In this document: one piece after another, positions 9,702 to 20,700 of the stretch
Layout of the letters: each line of letters opens with the position of its first letter
Numbering within the stretch: position 1 is the stretch's first letter
NCBI GenBank assembly: GCA_964565345.1
Contig: CAZMEQ010000002.1
Coordinates: forward strand, 7,133-71,132
Length of the DNA stretch: 64,000 nt
Origin: an uncultured Gammaproteobacteria bacterium
GTDB taxonomy: Bacteria > Patescibacteriota > Patescibacteriia > UBA11705 > JABHMO01
Reading direction: 5' to 3'
Made by a program: the position numbers and the translations under genes
The notes under the pieces: model-generated
The model's input: only the letters and a program-made list of their open reading frames with translations
What the model was told of the DNA's origin: nothing
The model's database searches: none

Positions 9702-11768
9702 TTAATTTAATATCTGTTTTTTGACGCTTCGAACGGCTTCGTCTGTATACCCCATTTCTTCATCACAATAAGGACAATACTCGTGTTCACCTTCTATATA
9801 ACCGTGCACAGGGCAGACACTAAAGGTGGGCGTAATAGTAAAATATGGTAAGCGAAAATTTTCGGCGATTTTTTTGACTAGAGCCTTAGTGCTTTCGGCA
9901 GAAGGCATCCGCTCTCCCACAAAACCATGAAGAACCGTCCCGCCTGTATAACGCGTTTGTAAATCGTCTTGCAAGCGTAGGGCTTCAAAAATATCGTCCG
10001 TATAACCAACAGGCAACTGTGTTGAATTAGTATAATACGGCGCAGCTTCACGTTCCTTAACAGCAGGCTCATTGGCCACAACAATATCCGGAAATTTTTC
10101 TTTATCCAAGCGCGCAAAACGATAGGCTGTTCCCTCGGCTGGAGTTGCCTCTAGGTTAAAAAGTTCATTTGTTTCATTTTGATAATCCATGCAACGTTCA
10201 CGCATAAAATCAAGAACTTCACGCGCGAACTTGTGGCCTTCTGGCTCCGAAATTGGCACTTTCAAAAGATTAAGGCAAGCCTCATTCATGCCATTTAAAC
10301 CAATGGTATTAAAATGATTTTTCCAATATTCACCGAAACGTTCTTTTATAGTATTCAAATAAAAACGAGAATATGGATAAAGACCGCCTTCAGTAAAACG
10401 CTCTAACGCGTTACGCTTAATTTTTAAACTTGTTTTAGCTAAATCCATCAAGACGCCTAATCGTTGTAAAAACTCTTCTTTGTTTTTTGATAGATAACCC
10501 AAACGCGCCATATTTACAGTGACCACACCAATTGAACCAGTCAATGGATTAGCGCCAAATAAACCACCGCCACGTCGTCTTAATTCACGATTGTCTAAAC
10601 GCAAGCGGCAACACATACTGCGCGCATCTTCTGGGCTCATGTCGCTGTTTACAAAGTTGGAAAAATAAGGAATGCCATATTTAGCAGTCATTTCCATTAT
10701 TTTATTAATAATGGGGGCCTCCCAATCCCAATTTTTGGTAACATTATATGTAGGTATTGGCCAACTTAAAACACGGCCTTTTCTATCCCCCTCTGTCATA
10801 ACTTCTATAAAAGCCGTGTTGAACATATCCATTTCTTTTTGGAATTCGCCGTAAGTTTCTTTCTGTGGTTCACCGCCACGAATAACAGCCTCCTTAGCTA
10901 AATTTGATGGTACAAATAAATCCAAGGTGACATTGGTAAAGGGCGTTTGAAAACCGACTCTAGTTGGAACGTTAATGTTAAACAAAAACATTTGGACCTG
11001 CTGTTTAACTTCGTCGTAGGTTAAATTGTCATAGCGGATGAAAGGCGCAACATAAGTATCTAAACTAGAAACCGCCTGAGCACCGGCCGCCTCGCCCTGT
11101 AAAGTATAGAAAAAATTAACCAGTTGACTTAAAGCAGTTGTAAAATGTTTAGGCGGTTTACTTTCAACTTTGCCTCGCACACCACCAAAGCCACGCAATA
11201 AAATATCTTTAAAATCCCATCCACAACAATATGGAGCTAAAAGCTGAAGATCGTGTATATGGAAATCACCACTGACATGTGCTTCACGAATGTCTGGTGA
11301 ATAAACCTTGTTTAACCAATAATTCGTACTAATACTAGAAGCCACATAGTTATTTAACCCTTGCAGTGAATAATCCATGTTGCTGTTTTCTTTTACTTTC
11401 CAATCGAGTTGGCTCAAATAGCTTTCCATGAGTTCATCAGAATTGATCATGCTTTGAATGTCTCGCATCTTGGAGTGCTGATCACGATAAACAATATACG
11501 CTTTGGCAACTTTTATTAACCTTTCTTCGATTAAAACTTCTTCAACTAAATCCTGAATTTCTTCGACCGCTGGGATAGAACGCTCATGAAATTTTTTATT
11601 CAAAAGTTCAACCACGCGATCAGACAAACGATCTGCGCGTTCTTGATCGGGTTCACCGACTGCGCGCATGGATTTAAAAATAGCTTGACCAATTTTTTCT
11701 TGTTCAAAGTCAACAATACGATCGTCGCGCTTTCGAATCTGAATAATTTTATTTGCTGTATAAACCAT
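9702..11768 (-). CDS. nrdD: Class III ribonucleoside-triphosphate reductase with ATP cone, lacking the glycyl-radical tail
   Basis: ATP cone (KRDDRIVDF...VEEIQDLVE), HIHDL, SMCCRL, EATPAEG, YTGGT, CPVH..CPYC; no RxxGY motif. Confidence 0.93.
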   Translation of the reverse strand: MVYTANKIIQIRKRDDRIVDFEQEKIGQAIFKSMRAVGEPDQERADRLSDRVVELLNKKFHERSIPAVEEIQDLVEEVLIEERLIKVAKAYIVYRDQHSKMRDIQSMINSDELMESYLSQLDWKVKENSNMDYSLQGLNNYVASSISTNYWLNKVYSPDIREAHVSGDFHIHDLQLLAPYCCGWDFKDILLRGFGGVRGKVESKPPKHFTTALSQLVNFFYTLQGEAAGAQAVSSLDTYVAPFIRYDNLTYDEVKQQVQMFLFNINVPTRVGFQTPFTNVTLDLFVPSNLAKEAVIRGGEPQKETYGEFQKEMDMFNTAFIEVMTEGDRKGRVLSWPIPTYNVTKNWDWEAPIINKIMEMTAKYGIPYFSNFVNSDMSPEDARSMCCRLRLDNRELRRRGGGLFGANPLTGSIGVVTVNMARLGYLSKNKEEFLQRLGVLMDLAKTSLKIKRNALERFTEGGLYPYSRFYLNTIKERFGEYWKNHFNTIGLNGMNEACLNLLKVPISEPEGHKFAREVLDFMRERCMDYQNETNELFNLEATPAEGTAYRFARLDKEKFPDIVVANEPAVKEREAAPYYTNSTQLPVGYTDDIFEALRLQDDLQTRYTGGTVLHGFVGERMPSAESTKALVKKIAENFRLPYFTITPTFSVCPVHGYIEGEHEYCPYCDEEMGYTDEAVRSVKKQILN

Positions 11769-11985
11769 AGTTTTTCTGATTTATTTATCCCCCCTAAATT
11801 TAATTAACTGACACAGGGACTAAAAAAATAGCCCCTAAAAAATCTTGCTTTGCAGCGAAATTCTTGTCTCTATTGTACCTTATTTTGAGGGACACAAGCA
11901 ACTTCCAAATTTTATATTTTCAAACCACTAAAATTATTAAAAATTATGTGTCGACAAACATGTTTTTTGCAATAAAAATTTTTAC

Positions 11986-11994
11986 TGTGGATAA
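11986..11994 (-). promoter_or_regulatory. Consensus DnaA box upstream of nrdD
   Basis: TGTGGATAA on + equals TTATCCACA; single copy. Confidence 0.35.
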
Positions 11995-12005
11995 GTAAAA
12001 AAACA

Positions 12006-12037
12006 CGGTGGGGAACAAAATTTTTTGTTCCCCACCG
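12006..12037 (-). terminator. Hairpin after ftsZ
   Basis: cggtggggaacaaaa / ttttgttccccaccg perfect inverted repeat, followed by a T-run on the minus strand. Confidence 0.75.
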
Positions 12038-12084
12038 CGAGGCATATACTTGTAGTCAGTAGCTCCAAAGGAAGGAGCGTAGGA

Positions 12085-13356
12085 CTACATCATCTTTCTT
12101 CTTATAAAAGCTGGAATTTCTAAATCCTCATCATCGCTAGCTGAGGCCGTTCCAGGCTGAACGACCATATCTTCTGGCCGTATCTTGTCTGGATCTTCTG
12201 GTGGTTGAGGAGCCAAAGTGCTTTGTTCTAATTTTTTAGCGTCAAAGTCCAGGCGTGGTTCACGTTTTTCGGGCGCAGTAGCAGAACTTAAACTGCTAGC
12301 CTGGCTAGCTGGAGCAGCAGGCGCCTCCTTTTTAATCGGAGCAAAATAATTTGGAGTTGATGGTTGCATAGCATTAACGCGAAGCAAATGACTTTGTACC
12401 CCGGGTTGATCAAATCCCGTTGCCACCACCGTTATCTTAATTCTATCCTTTAAATTTTCATCGACTACTGCGCCGAAGATAATACGAGCATCACTGTCAA
12501 CTGATTCAGTTATAGTTTTCGCAGCCTCGCTCACTTCGTACATTGTTAGATCTGGTCCACCGGTAATTGTAAATAAAATGCCTTTTGCACCTTCAATGGA
12601 CACCTCTAATAATGGACTGGCAATAGCGGCCTTAGCGGCTTCAATGGCACGATTGTCCCCTTGAGCTTCGCCCATACCCATTAGGGCTGAGCCACTATTT
12701 TCCATAATTGTTTTAACATCAGCAAAGTCCACGTTAATCAAACCAGGCAAAGTGATAAGCTCAGAGATTCCTTGAACACCTTGGCGTAAAACTTCATCAA
12801 CAACACCAAAAGCTTCAATTAAAGGTGTTTTTTTATCAATAATTTGCCAAATTCTATCATTAGGAATAGTAATCAAGGTGTCAACCTTAGTAGCCAACTC
12901 TTTTAAGCCTTCTTCGGCAATACGTTTACGTGGACCACCTTCAAATGAAAAAGGTTTGGTAACTACTGCAATCGTTAAAGCCCCCATCTCTTTGGCAATT
13001 TCGGCGACCTTAGGACCAGCTCCAGTTCCCGTACCACCACCAGAGCCATAAGTAATAAAAACCATATCCGCCCCTTTTAAAATTTCGCGGATTTCATTCT
13101 GAGCCTCCTCCGCAGCCTTACGCCCCACCGCAGGATTCATACCTGCGCCCAAACCACGAGTTGTGCTTTTGCCAATATGAATTCTTTCGGGCGCTAAATT
13201 AGACTGTAAAGCCTGTAAATCTGTATTAAGCGAAATGAACTCAACGCCCTTAATCTTGGCCTGAATCATTCGGTTGATAGCAGAATTACCGCCACCGCCG
13301 ACACCGACGACTTTAATTTTGGCATAAGTTTGTATCTCTGGTTTGACTTCTGGCAT
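12085..13356 (-). CDS. ftsZ: Cell division protein FtsZ
   Basis: [25 protein letters not shown]-terminal [11 protein letters not shown]. Confidence 0.98.
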   Translation of the reverse strand: MPEVKPEIQTYAKIKVVGVGGGGNSAINRMIQAKIKGVEFISLNTDLQALQSNLAPERIHIGKSTTRGLGAGMNPAVGRKAAEEAQNEIREILKGADMVFITYGSGGGTGTGAGPKVAEIAKEMGALTIAVVTKPFSFEGGPRKRIAEEGLKELATKVDTLITIPNDRIWQIIDKKTPLIEAFGVVDEVLRQGVQGISELITLPGLINVDFADVKTIMENSGSALMGMGEAQGDNRAIEAAKAAIASPLLEVSIEGAKGILFTITGGPDLTMYEVSEAAKTITESVDSDARIIFGAVVDENLKDRIKITVVATGFDQPGVQSHLLRVNAMQPSTPNYFAPIKKEAPAAPASQASSLSSATAPEKREPRLDFDAKKLEQSTLAPQPPEDPDKIRPEDMVVQPGTASASDDEDLEIPAFIRRKMM

Positions 13357-13468
13357 ATCTTTTAAAAGTTATAAGCGAGATAAGCGAGATAAGCCTCAAT
13401 TCTTAATTTGCTTATCCACTTACTTACTTAACTAGCTTACTTTTTCGTTTCTCCCTCCCTTTTATATA

Positions 13469-14725
13469 TCATGATATTAAATTTTTAAACCATCCTTTAA
13501 CTTTATCAGCCGCTTCTTTAACATTATGAAATTTATGCGCAAAACTGAACTTACCGCCACCCTTTTCACTTAAAACGCTATAACCCCACATAACCAAGCC
13601 TAGGGCAGTTGAAAAAGAAACATCATGAACCTTATCTACCGCGGTATTAAAACGTTTATTACTTCCCAACGCAACAGGCAACATGGTTTTCTTTTTTCCT
13701 ACTTCGATCATGCCTGGCAATTTTGAACCCCCACCTATAAGGACTAGCCCCGCAGGAAGTAATCCACTTCTGTTAATTTTTTGTAACTCTAAATCGACTT
13801 TCTGAAAAATTTCCTCTACACGAGCCTCAATAATTTCGGCGATATATTTTTTAGAAAAGGTTTGATCTTCTCCACCATAGTCTCGAAGGTTTACTTCCTC
13901 TTCTTTGTTAAATTCTTTAACTAAGGCGCTTCCAATGTCGAGCTTGATGCGTTCGGCCACATCTAATGATGTTTGCAGCCCAATGGCCAGGTCAGCGGTA
14001 ATATGGTCAGCCCCAAGAGGTAAAATAGAGACATGGATGACATCGCCTTCTTCAAAAACAATTAATTTGGTTGTCGCCGCGCCAATGTCTACCAAAGCGA
14101 CCCCTAACTCTTTTTGCCGCACAGAGAGGACAGCCTCACTGGCCGCTAAAACGGACAGAACTAAATCATTAATATCTAGACCAGTACGATAAATGCTTTT
14201 AGTTAAATTTTTTATTTGTGAACTAAGTCCACGTATAACTTGGGTTGTCACTTCGAGCCGAATACCGCTCATGCCAATCGGATCTTTAACACCTGTTTGA
14301 TTATCAATTGAAAACGATTTTGGGATAACGTGTAAAACCTCGTAATTTACTGGCGCTGCTACGGCTCGGGCCGCCTCTATCACACGACCGACATCATTCT
14401 CTTGTATTTCGCCATTTGTTCTGGCGATGGCAATGACACCATTGCTTTCTTGCGAATTGATGTGCACACCGCCCAATCCAACCCAAACATTTTCAATGGG
14501 CAGACCGATCATCCGCTCTACTTTTTCTAGTCCGGCCGAAATGCTCGAGACAGTGTCCTCAATGCTAACAACCGAGCCCTTATTCATCCCTAGAGCCGGA
14601 ACTTCAATGACACCGATCACATTTAATTGCTCGTTATCACTATTATTATTTTTACTTAGCTGACCGACTACAATTCGGATGTTGGACGAACCGATATCAA
14701 GGCCAGCGATGATGTTTTCTGCCAT
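13469..14725 (-). CDS. ftsA: Cell division protein FtsA
   Basis: GLDIGSSNI, DPIGMSGIRLE, DIGAATT, EIIEARVEEI; start refined to ATG 14725. Confidence 0.96.
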   Translation of the reverse strand: MAENIIAGLDIGSSNIRIVVGQLSKNNNSDNEQLNVIGVIEVPALGMNKGSVVSIEDTVSSISAGLEKVERMIGLPIENVWVGLGGVHINSQESNGVIAIARTNGEIQENDVGRVIEAARAVAAPVNYEVLHVIPKSFSIDNQTGVKDPIGMSGIRLEVTTQVIRGLSSQIKNLTKSIYRTGLDINDLVLSVLAASEAVLSVRQKELGVALVDIGAATTKLIVFEEGDVIHVSILPLGADHITADLAIGLQTSLDVAERIKLDIGSALVKEFNKEEEVNLRDYGGEDQTFSKKYIAEIIEARVEEIFQKVDLELQKINRSGLLPAGLVLIGGGSKLPGMIEVGKKKTMLPVALGSNKRFNTAVDKVHDVSFSTALGLVMWGYSVLSEKGGGKFSFAHKFHNVKEAADKVKGWFKNLIS

Positions 14726-14878
14726 ACAATTTTCTGAACAATACAATTGGTCAACAACAGCGCATTGTTAACACTTTCTCTTATTTAATTATAGTATAAA
14801 AAGTTCTAGACTCCAACTATTACTAGTGATAATGCAAAAAGGCCTTATTTAAGGTCTTTTTTTATCCTTTTGCACAAA

Positions 14879-15244
14879 TTATGAGTTCAGTTGTAAATAG
14901 GGCAAAAAAATAATTAAACCCAAAACAACAGCCGACAAAGCAGCCACCAAAACCATTCCTGACAGGATGTCTTTTATTTCGCCCACGTAAGGATGCAATC
15001 GTGGCTTGAATAAATCGACTAATCTTTCAAAAACAGTATTCAACATTTCTAAAATAAAAATTAGTGCGATCATCATAATAATAATCGCCCATTGCCAAGC
15101 CCTAATATTAAAATAAAAACTAAAAAATAAAACAAAAAACGCTGCCAAAAGATGCAGTTTAAAATTTTGCTCTTTCTTTATCAACATTTTGAGCCCAGAA
15201 AGCGCATGTTCAAAACTTCTAAATAATCTATTCAACTTAAGCAT
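14879..15244 (-). CDS. Diacylglycerol/undecaprenol kinase family (DgkA-like)
   Basis: EQNFKLH, EMLNTVFERLVD, IKDILSG; three TM helices. Confidence 0.88.
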   Translation of the reverse strand: MLKLNRLFRSFEHALSGLKMLIKKEQNFKLHLLAAFFVLFFSFYFNIRAWQWAIIIMMIALIFILEMLNTVFERLVDLFKPRLHPYVGEIKDILSGMVLVAALSAVVLGLIIFLPYLQLNS

Positions 15245-15656
15245 AAAATTTATTTAGGATTTTTTCTTCGAGTCTCTCCATTATAACTGCTTCTGTATTT
15301 TTGATGTGATCATAACCAGATAAATGGAGATAACCATGGAGCACAAGACGCAAGATCTCTTTTTCTAAACTGTGTTTTAATTCTCTAGCTTGTTTTTGCG
15401 CCCGCAGAGAACAAATAATTATCTCACCTAGCAGAGCATCTTGTGTGTTATCTTCAAAAGAAAGCACGTCTGTAACAGCAGCCTTATGCCGATACATATC
15501 ATTCATTCTTTTGATACTCGCTGGCACTACAAAAGCTAATGAGACCTGCTTATGACCTTTTTGGAGTATTGTTTTTTGGGCCAGATTTAAAATAGCGCTT
15601 ATCTTTTTTTGCGGAACACGAATTGCCGTTAAATTATTAATTTCGACCGATACCAT
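15237..15656 (-). CDS. ybeY: rRNA maturation RNase YbeY
   Basis: TDVLSF, HGYLHLSGYDH. Confidence 0.95.
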   Translation of the reverse strand: MVSVEINNLTAIRVPQKKISAILNLAQKTILQKGHKQVSLAFVVPASIKRMNDMYRHKAAVTDVLSFEDNTQDALLGEIIICSLRAQKQARELKHSLEKEILRLVLHGYLHLSGYDHIKNTEAVIMERLEEKILNKFYA

Positions 15657-15666
15657 AGGCTCGCGA

Positions 15667-17154
15667 CTAAGGGCGGATTAGCTGAGCTAATTCTCCGGTA
15701 CAGGTATCTGTTCGACTTATAGCGGTTTCAAAATTCTGTTCTGGATTATAAGTGCACTTCATAATTTTTCCAGCCCAGGCTGCCTCTGGATGTTTGGTAA
15801 AACGGGCAGAATAAACGCAATTACCTCCCTCCCTACCTCCGACACTGATTTCGTATGTAAGATTGTCAGCGAGCTTAAAAATCCCAATTACTGGTTCACA
15901 AGTTTCAAAAGAATCATAGAAGCAGGCTGTATTACCACAGGGGAATTCTGTAACAACCTTTTTATTATCAACCAAAACAGGAACCCCCAAAGACTCCATA
16001 ATACCCGCAAAATTGACGGCTGGAGCAGTGGCAACTGGCTCTATAACACCAAACTCAAAGCTATTTACCATCATAGCAAAAAGACCAGGGTAATTGGCTT
16101 CTTCATTCAATCCGATATTATAATTAATAATATAGACTCTAGTTCCATTAGCAACATAGGCAGTAAAACCATCAGGGCTTTCAATTACAGCGTTTTTCTT
16201 ATAGTTTTGGTATTTCTTTAGCTGAGTTGCGCTAATGCTTGGTGCTCTTTCTAAATACCAAGCATCCAATGTTTGTTCGGCTGGTTTTGTATCTACAAAA
16301 ATGTTTACGAACTCATTGCCCTTTGAGGTAAACATAACCTCTTTGGGATCATTTTCTTTTAAAGGACTAGCTAACCAAGTTGAGGGATATAACAATTTAT
16401 AACCATAGCTAGTATTCTCGTATGCTTTTGCAAAACCCTCTTCGTTTATTCTAGTACTACCGGCCTTAATTGGGCTGTAAAAATTTTTCATCTCATCGCC
16501 ATCGCGGTAAGTATCTTTGTCTGTGTCATTCATGTTTGGATCCGTACCGATCAATGCCTCCTCGGCATCAGTTAGCCCATCTTTATCTTTATCTAGGCTG
16601 GCCATTAAAGATAATGAAACATCACTTAATTTACTTGGATCAAAATTAATTTTTTCTTCGACTGCTGGTTGTTCCGTGGGAATGTCAACTGGTGGTGGGG
16701 TGTTCTCGTCCGGCTGAGCTGCCTCCTCTGTGGCAGGCTCTTCGACAACAGGCTGTTCTTCAACTACGGCCACCTGGTCTTCAACATTAACGTTTTGATT
16801 ATTGGCTGGTGCTTGATAGCTGGCATATAACAAGTAAGCCGAAATACCAACGACCAAAACTAAGACCACAATAATGGCGATGTTCATGATCTTTTTTTTG
16901 CCAGCTGGCGCACCTGAAGTTTGATAGGCCGGCGCCGTTGGTGCGGCTGACTGCATCACTGCTGGTTGTGGCCCTTTGGGGATATTAGCTGTTTTCCCGC
17001 CAGTATAATAGTCCATCGGCATAGTATGAATTTCTTCTGACCCAGACGTGGCTGTTGGCGCAGTTGGTGCGGGTGGCGCCACATTGGGAGTAGTCTGGGG
17101 CGCTGGGGTTGGTTGTACTGGTGGTGCTGATTGTGTATTTACATCATCAAACAT
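15667..17154 (-). CDS. Membrane-anchored surface protein: Pro-rich N-terminus, TSP3-like repeats, PsbP-like domain, Cys-rich tail
   Basis: TM helix; DKDKDGLTDAEE, DTDKDTYRDGDE; YENTSYGYKLLYPSTW. Confidence 0.7.
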   Translation of the reverse strand: MFDDVNTQSAPPVQPTPAPQTTPNVAPPAPTAPTATSGSEEIHTMPMDYYTGGKTANIPKGPQPAVMQSAAPTAPAYQTSGAPAGKKKIMNIAIIVVLVLVVGISAYLLYASYQAPANNQNVNVEDQVAVVEEQPVVEEPATEEAAQPDENTPPPVDIPTEQPAVEEKINFDPSKLSDVSLSLMASLDKDKDGLTDAEEALIGTDPNMNDTDKDTYRDGDEMKNFYSPIKAGSTRINEEGFAKAYENTSYGYKLLYPSTWLASPLKENDPKEVMFTSKGNEFVNIFVDTKPAEQTLDAWYLERAPSISATQLKKYQNYKKNAVIESPDGFTAYVANGTRVYIINYNIGLNEEANYPGLFAMMVNSFEFGVIEPVATAPAVNFAGIMESLGVPVLVDNKKVVTEFPCGNTACFYDSFETCEPVIGIFKLADNLTYEISVGGREGGNCVYSARFTKHPEAAWAGKIMKCTYNPEQNFETAISRTDTCTGELAQLIRP

Positions 17155-17165
17155 AAGATATAAGG

Positions 17166-17753
17166 TTATTGATTTGTATTTAATTGTTGCAAAGCCTCTT
17201 CGAAATTAAGCAACTTCCCCGCCCCACGTGGGTTATAACCAGCCTTCACTTCTTCTCCATCTAAAAAACCATCACCGTCTGAATCAGAAGCAAGTGGATC
17301 GGTTAAAAAATTCTTAACTTCGTCATAATCAGATAAACCATCATTATCTGTATCGCTCTTGTTGGGGTTAGTTTGTAAGATAATTTCCTCTTCCCGAGGC
17401 AAACCATCATTATCATAATCATCAACAGTCTCGATGCGTGGAGCGACAAAAACCTCTTGTTCTGGAACCACCACGGCTTCTTCCACCTCAATTTGAGTTA
17501 TTATGTCGGGCACAACTTCTTGTTTTTGGAATAGCCCAAACTGTTTAATCATAATAAAAATTACTCCACACAATATGGCTACCATTAAAAACAAACCAAG
17601 GCCGATAAATATTTTTTTGTTACTGCTAGGTGGAGTAGAATTCGTTGGAATCGTTCCTAGCGCTGGATTATTGTACATTAAATTACCCGGCACATTCTTG
17701 GGTGCTTTGTCGACTGCTTGAAAAATATCTTCGATTTGGTTATCGGTAGGCAT
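17166..17753 (-). CDS. Membrane-anchored protein with three TSP3-like repeats
   Basis: DYDNDGL, DTDNDGLSDYDE, DSDGDGFLDGEE..GYNP. Confidence 0.75.
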   Translation of the reverse strand: MPTDNQIEDIFQAVDKAPKNVPGNLMYNNPALGTIPTNSTPPSSNKKIFIGLGLFLMVAILCGVIFIMIKQFGLFQKQEVVPDIITQIEVEEAVVVPEQEVFVAPRIETVDDYDNDGLPREEEIILQTNPNKSDTDNDGLSDYDEVKNFLTDPLASDSDGDGFLDGEEVKAGYNPRGAGKLLNFEEALQQLNTNQ

Positions 17754-17754
17754 A

Positions 17755-20700
17755 TTAGTAATTTAACTCATCTTCATCTGGTGGTGGAGGCGGTGGAAGC
17801 GTAGTGAACTTAGACATTAAATTCTTGAGCTTTGTTTCTAGTTCTGCTGTACTCCCCTGCATCCAAATTCCTTGATGATTTATATCATTTATACAAACAG
17901 AAGGTTCCGTGGTTGGCGCAATACAAACATTATTAACACAAGCATTAGAACAACTTGTTGAACTTACACAAGAAGCGCAATCAGTATTCGCCGTACACGC
18001 CTGTCCAGCACACAGGCCATGGTAACGATACCAAAAGTTAAAATTACTGACTCCTAACGCGCCTGTTTTAATATAAATAAAGTGTATCGGTATTCCTCTT
18101 GCATTAGCAGCTGTAATTGTCGCCGCTCTACTTTCGGGATTATAGGTATCATCAGCATCAGTGATAACAATGTAAACAGTTTGATCATAATCGACAGACG
18201 CTCCTGCTTTTGTCATCTTAGTATCATACACATTTAATGCATCCATAAAAACATTATCTATTCTCAAGGCCATATACGCATTCCCATCATAGATGTAAGG
18301 TGAACTACACACTGGGGCAGCACCACTACAAGTTCCCGAAGAACAAACGTTAGAAGAACATTGGTTGGCTTGTGTACAATAATTATACACACATCTTCCC
18401 GCCCCACCACAATTATAAGTTGCGTTACATGTTGCTATGTCTTGCGTTTTAACGCAGTTCTCCCAACCATTTGCACAATCCAACCAACCCAAGAAATGGT
18501 CAGCCTGACCGGCAGGAAAATATGCCCTTCTGGCATCTTCCGTCGGACTAGTTTTTGATGTCCCCAAGACGAAATAGGCATTATTGCCCATAACGTCACG
18601 GATTCCATCAATATGTGTGCAACCTGGGGCACCAGGAATACAACCAGCCGGAGTATCTATTCCATTAACAATTGAAAGAATTAAATCTTGATGAGCCATT
18701 TCTGGATCATGATCTTGCCATCTCATACTGCCGCTCGTATCAACAAAAAAGGCAAAAAGAACTTTTTTAGTTTCTTTATCATCATACTCACTTGAACAAG
18801 CTTTGTCACAAGTTGCCTCATTTGAACCATCTAGTTTACAGTAATCAATGTCGCCATCGCCGTCGTTATCCTGTCCGTCATTACATTGAGCTGGATAAAC
18901 CTCTGACTTGTGTGTCGACTTTTGTACACCATTCTCTTGGCAGCTATAATCTTTTTCTAACCAATTTACTGGCTGACCAGCGGCTTTATCGGCCAAGCAC
19001 TGTTGTTTTGTTTTCCCAATACCATTAATACAACAACCATCCCAATCACAACGCCCATCACCGTCATTATCAAGTCCATCTTTACAGTGATAAGGGTAAT
19101 CTTCTGTTTCGTCGCTAGAACTCGAGCAACCTTCATCATTTGGATAGTCGATTTTGCCATTTTTATCATTATCAATTCCATCCATACACTCGGGAGCGTC
19201 ACCTGGAGTCTCTGGAATTTCTTCTGGATCCTGCTTTATAGCATCCCAACCCACATTTGAAGTTTCTATGAGTGGAACATATTTATAATTTAACTGTGGT
19301 TGTTCGTAATAAACGCGTAACCGGTATTTAGTATAATCAAGATCATTTACTTCGTAAGTATAGGTTAAATTCTTCCCATAATCTTTATCAGTCTTATCCA
19401 ATATGGAATAATATCCATACAATGAATCGAATGTTTGAGTAGAACTGTTATAACAAGCTCTATTATCATAAACATTAGAACATTCAACACAGGACATCCC
19501 CGGAATAGCACATTGTTCGTCCGAACCACAGGCCAACGGATTAGAATAAACATCGGTACCGCATAAAACTGGCTTTGAAATATTATCACAAATACAATTA
19601 GTTTCTTGCTCCTGGCAGGCCGTTGTGGTTCCACTCAAGAAGCACTGTGGCTGTGGTGGGACATTATACAAAGCATTAATTGGATCTACCGGCATGTCGA
19701 AACCAATAGCCTTGGACAACTCATTTTTCCAGGAATCCCAAACGCTGTTGGAGAAGTGTCGTTGGAGAGTTCCAGATTCAAGTTGTGGCACATAACCGTT
19801 ATTTTGGGCTTTATAAACTTTTAGATATTCGTGCATCAACACAAAATCTTGTAAACGCTTTGTATCTCTAATTACCTTAAGTTTGTTAACATTTTCAGCA
19901 TTCAAAACATTCATGTTGAATTTTAAGAACTCAACCATTTGCCCAAAGATGTTTTGTGTGGCCGGATTAGAATTTTGTGAATAACTTAGAAGATAAATGT
20001 TGTTGTAAACATTGTTACCATTAACATTCGCGGCTGAAACATAAATTGTTCGTCCATCTTGAGTCCCGGCATAACAAAATTCACCAAAGCTGTCATACAA
20101 ACAATCGGATTTAGTTTCGGGCACAGAAGCCGCTGGATTTGGTGCGTACCGCTTATACCACAAACTCGGTGGCAACGCTTCTGGATTTTCGTATATGCGC
20201 AATGAGATTGCGTCTGGCACCATGTCGTTAGTACTCGGATAGTCCATATCATCCTTGCGGACAAAGAAATATTGGGCAAACAAAGCGGGGCTTTCCCACC
20301 CATCATTTGCCGAGGTGCATTTATGATCTTTAGTATCAATTAACCCGTTGCCATCATCGTCAACACCATTGCTACATTGATTTTCGACGTCGACATTCAA
20401 TTCTTGCCAACCTGAATTATCGCCATAGAAAATGCCTTTTTGTTTGGCGATATCTGTTATATTGTGGTGTTTAAATTTGAAACTTCCGCCATCTGGCAAA
20501 CATTGTGAAGTTATATTTACACAAGTACAACCTGGTTGATTCTTAACACAAGAAACCGGAGTACAATATTCAGCCGAATAATCAGCTGTACACTTGAAGG
20601 CGCCAATACCGTTGTTGGAATTAGTATCAGTATTAAAGGTCCAAGCAACGGCGAGACCTGTTTCTTCGTCAGTCTTTATAGCACTTGGTGTTTTTTCCCC

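Noticed and set aside
11770-12060. NrdR boxes upstream of nrdD
   Set aside because: Only weak partial matches; no convincing tandem pair.
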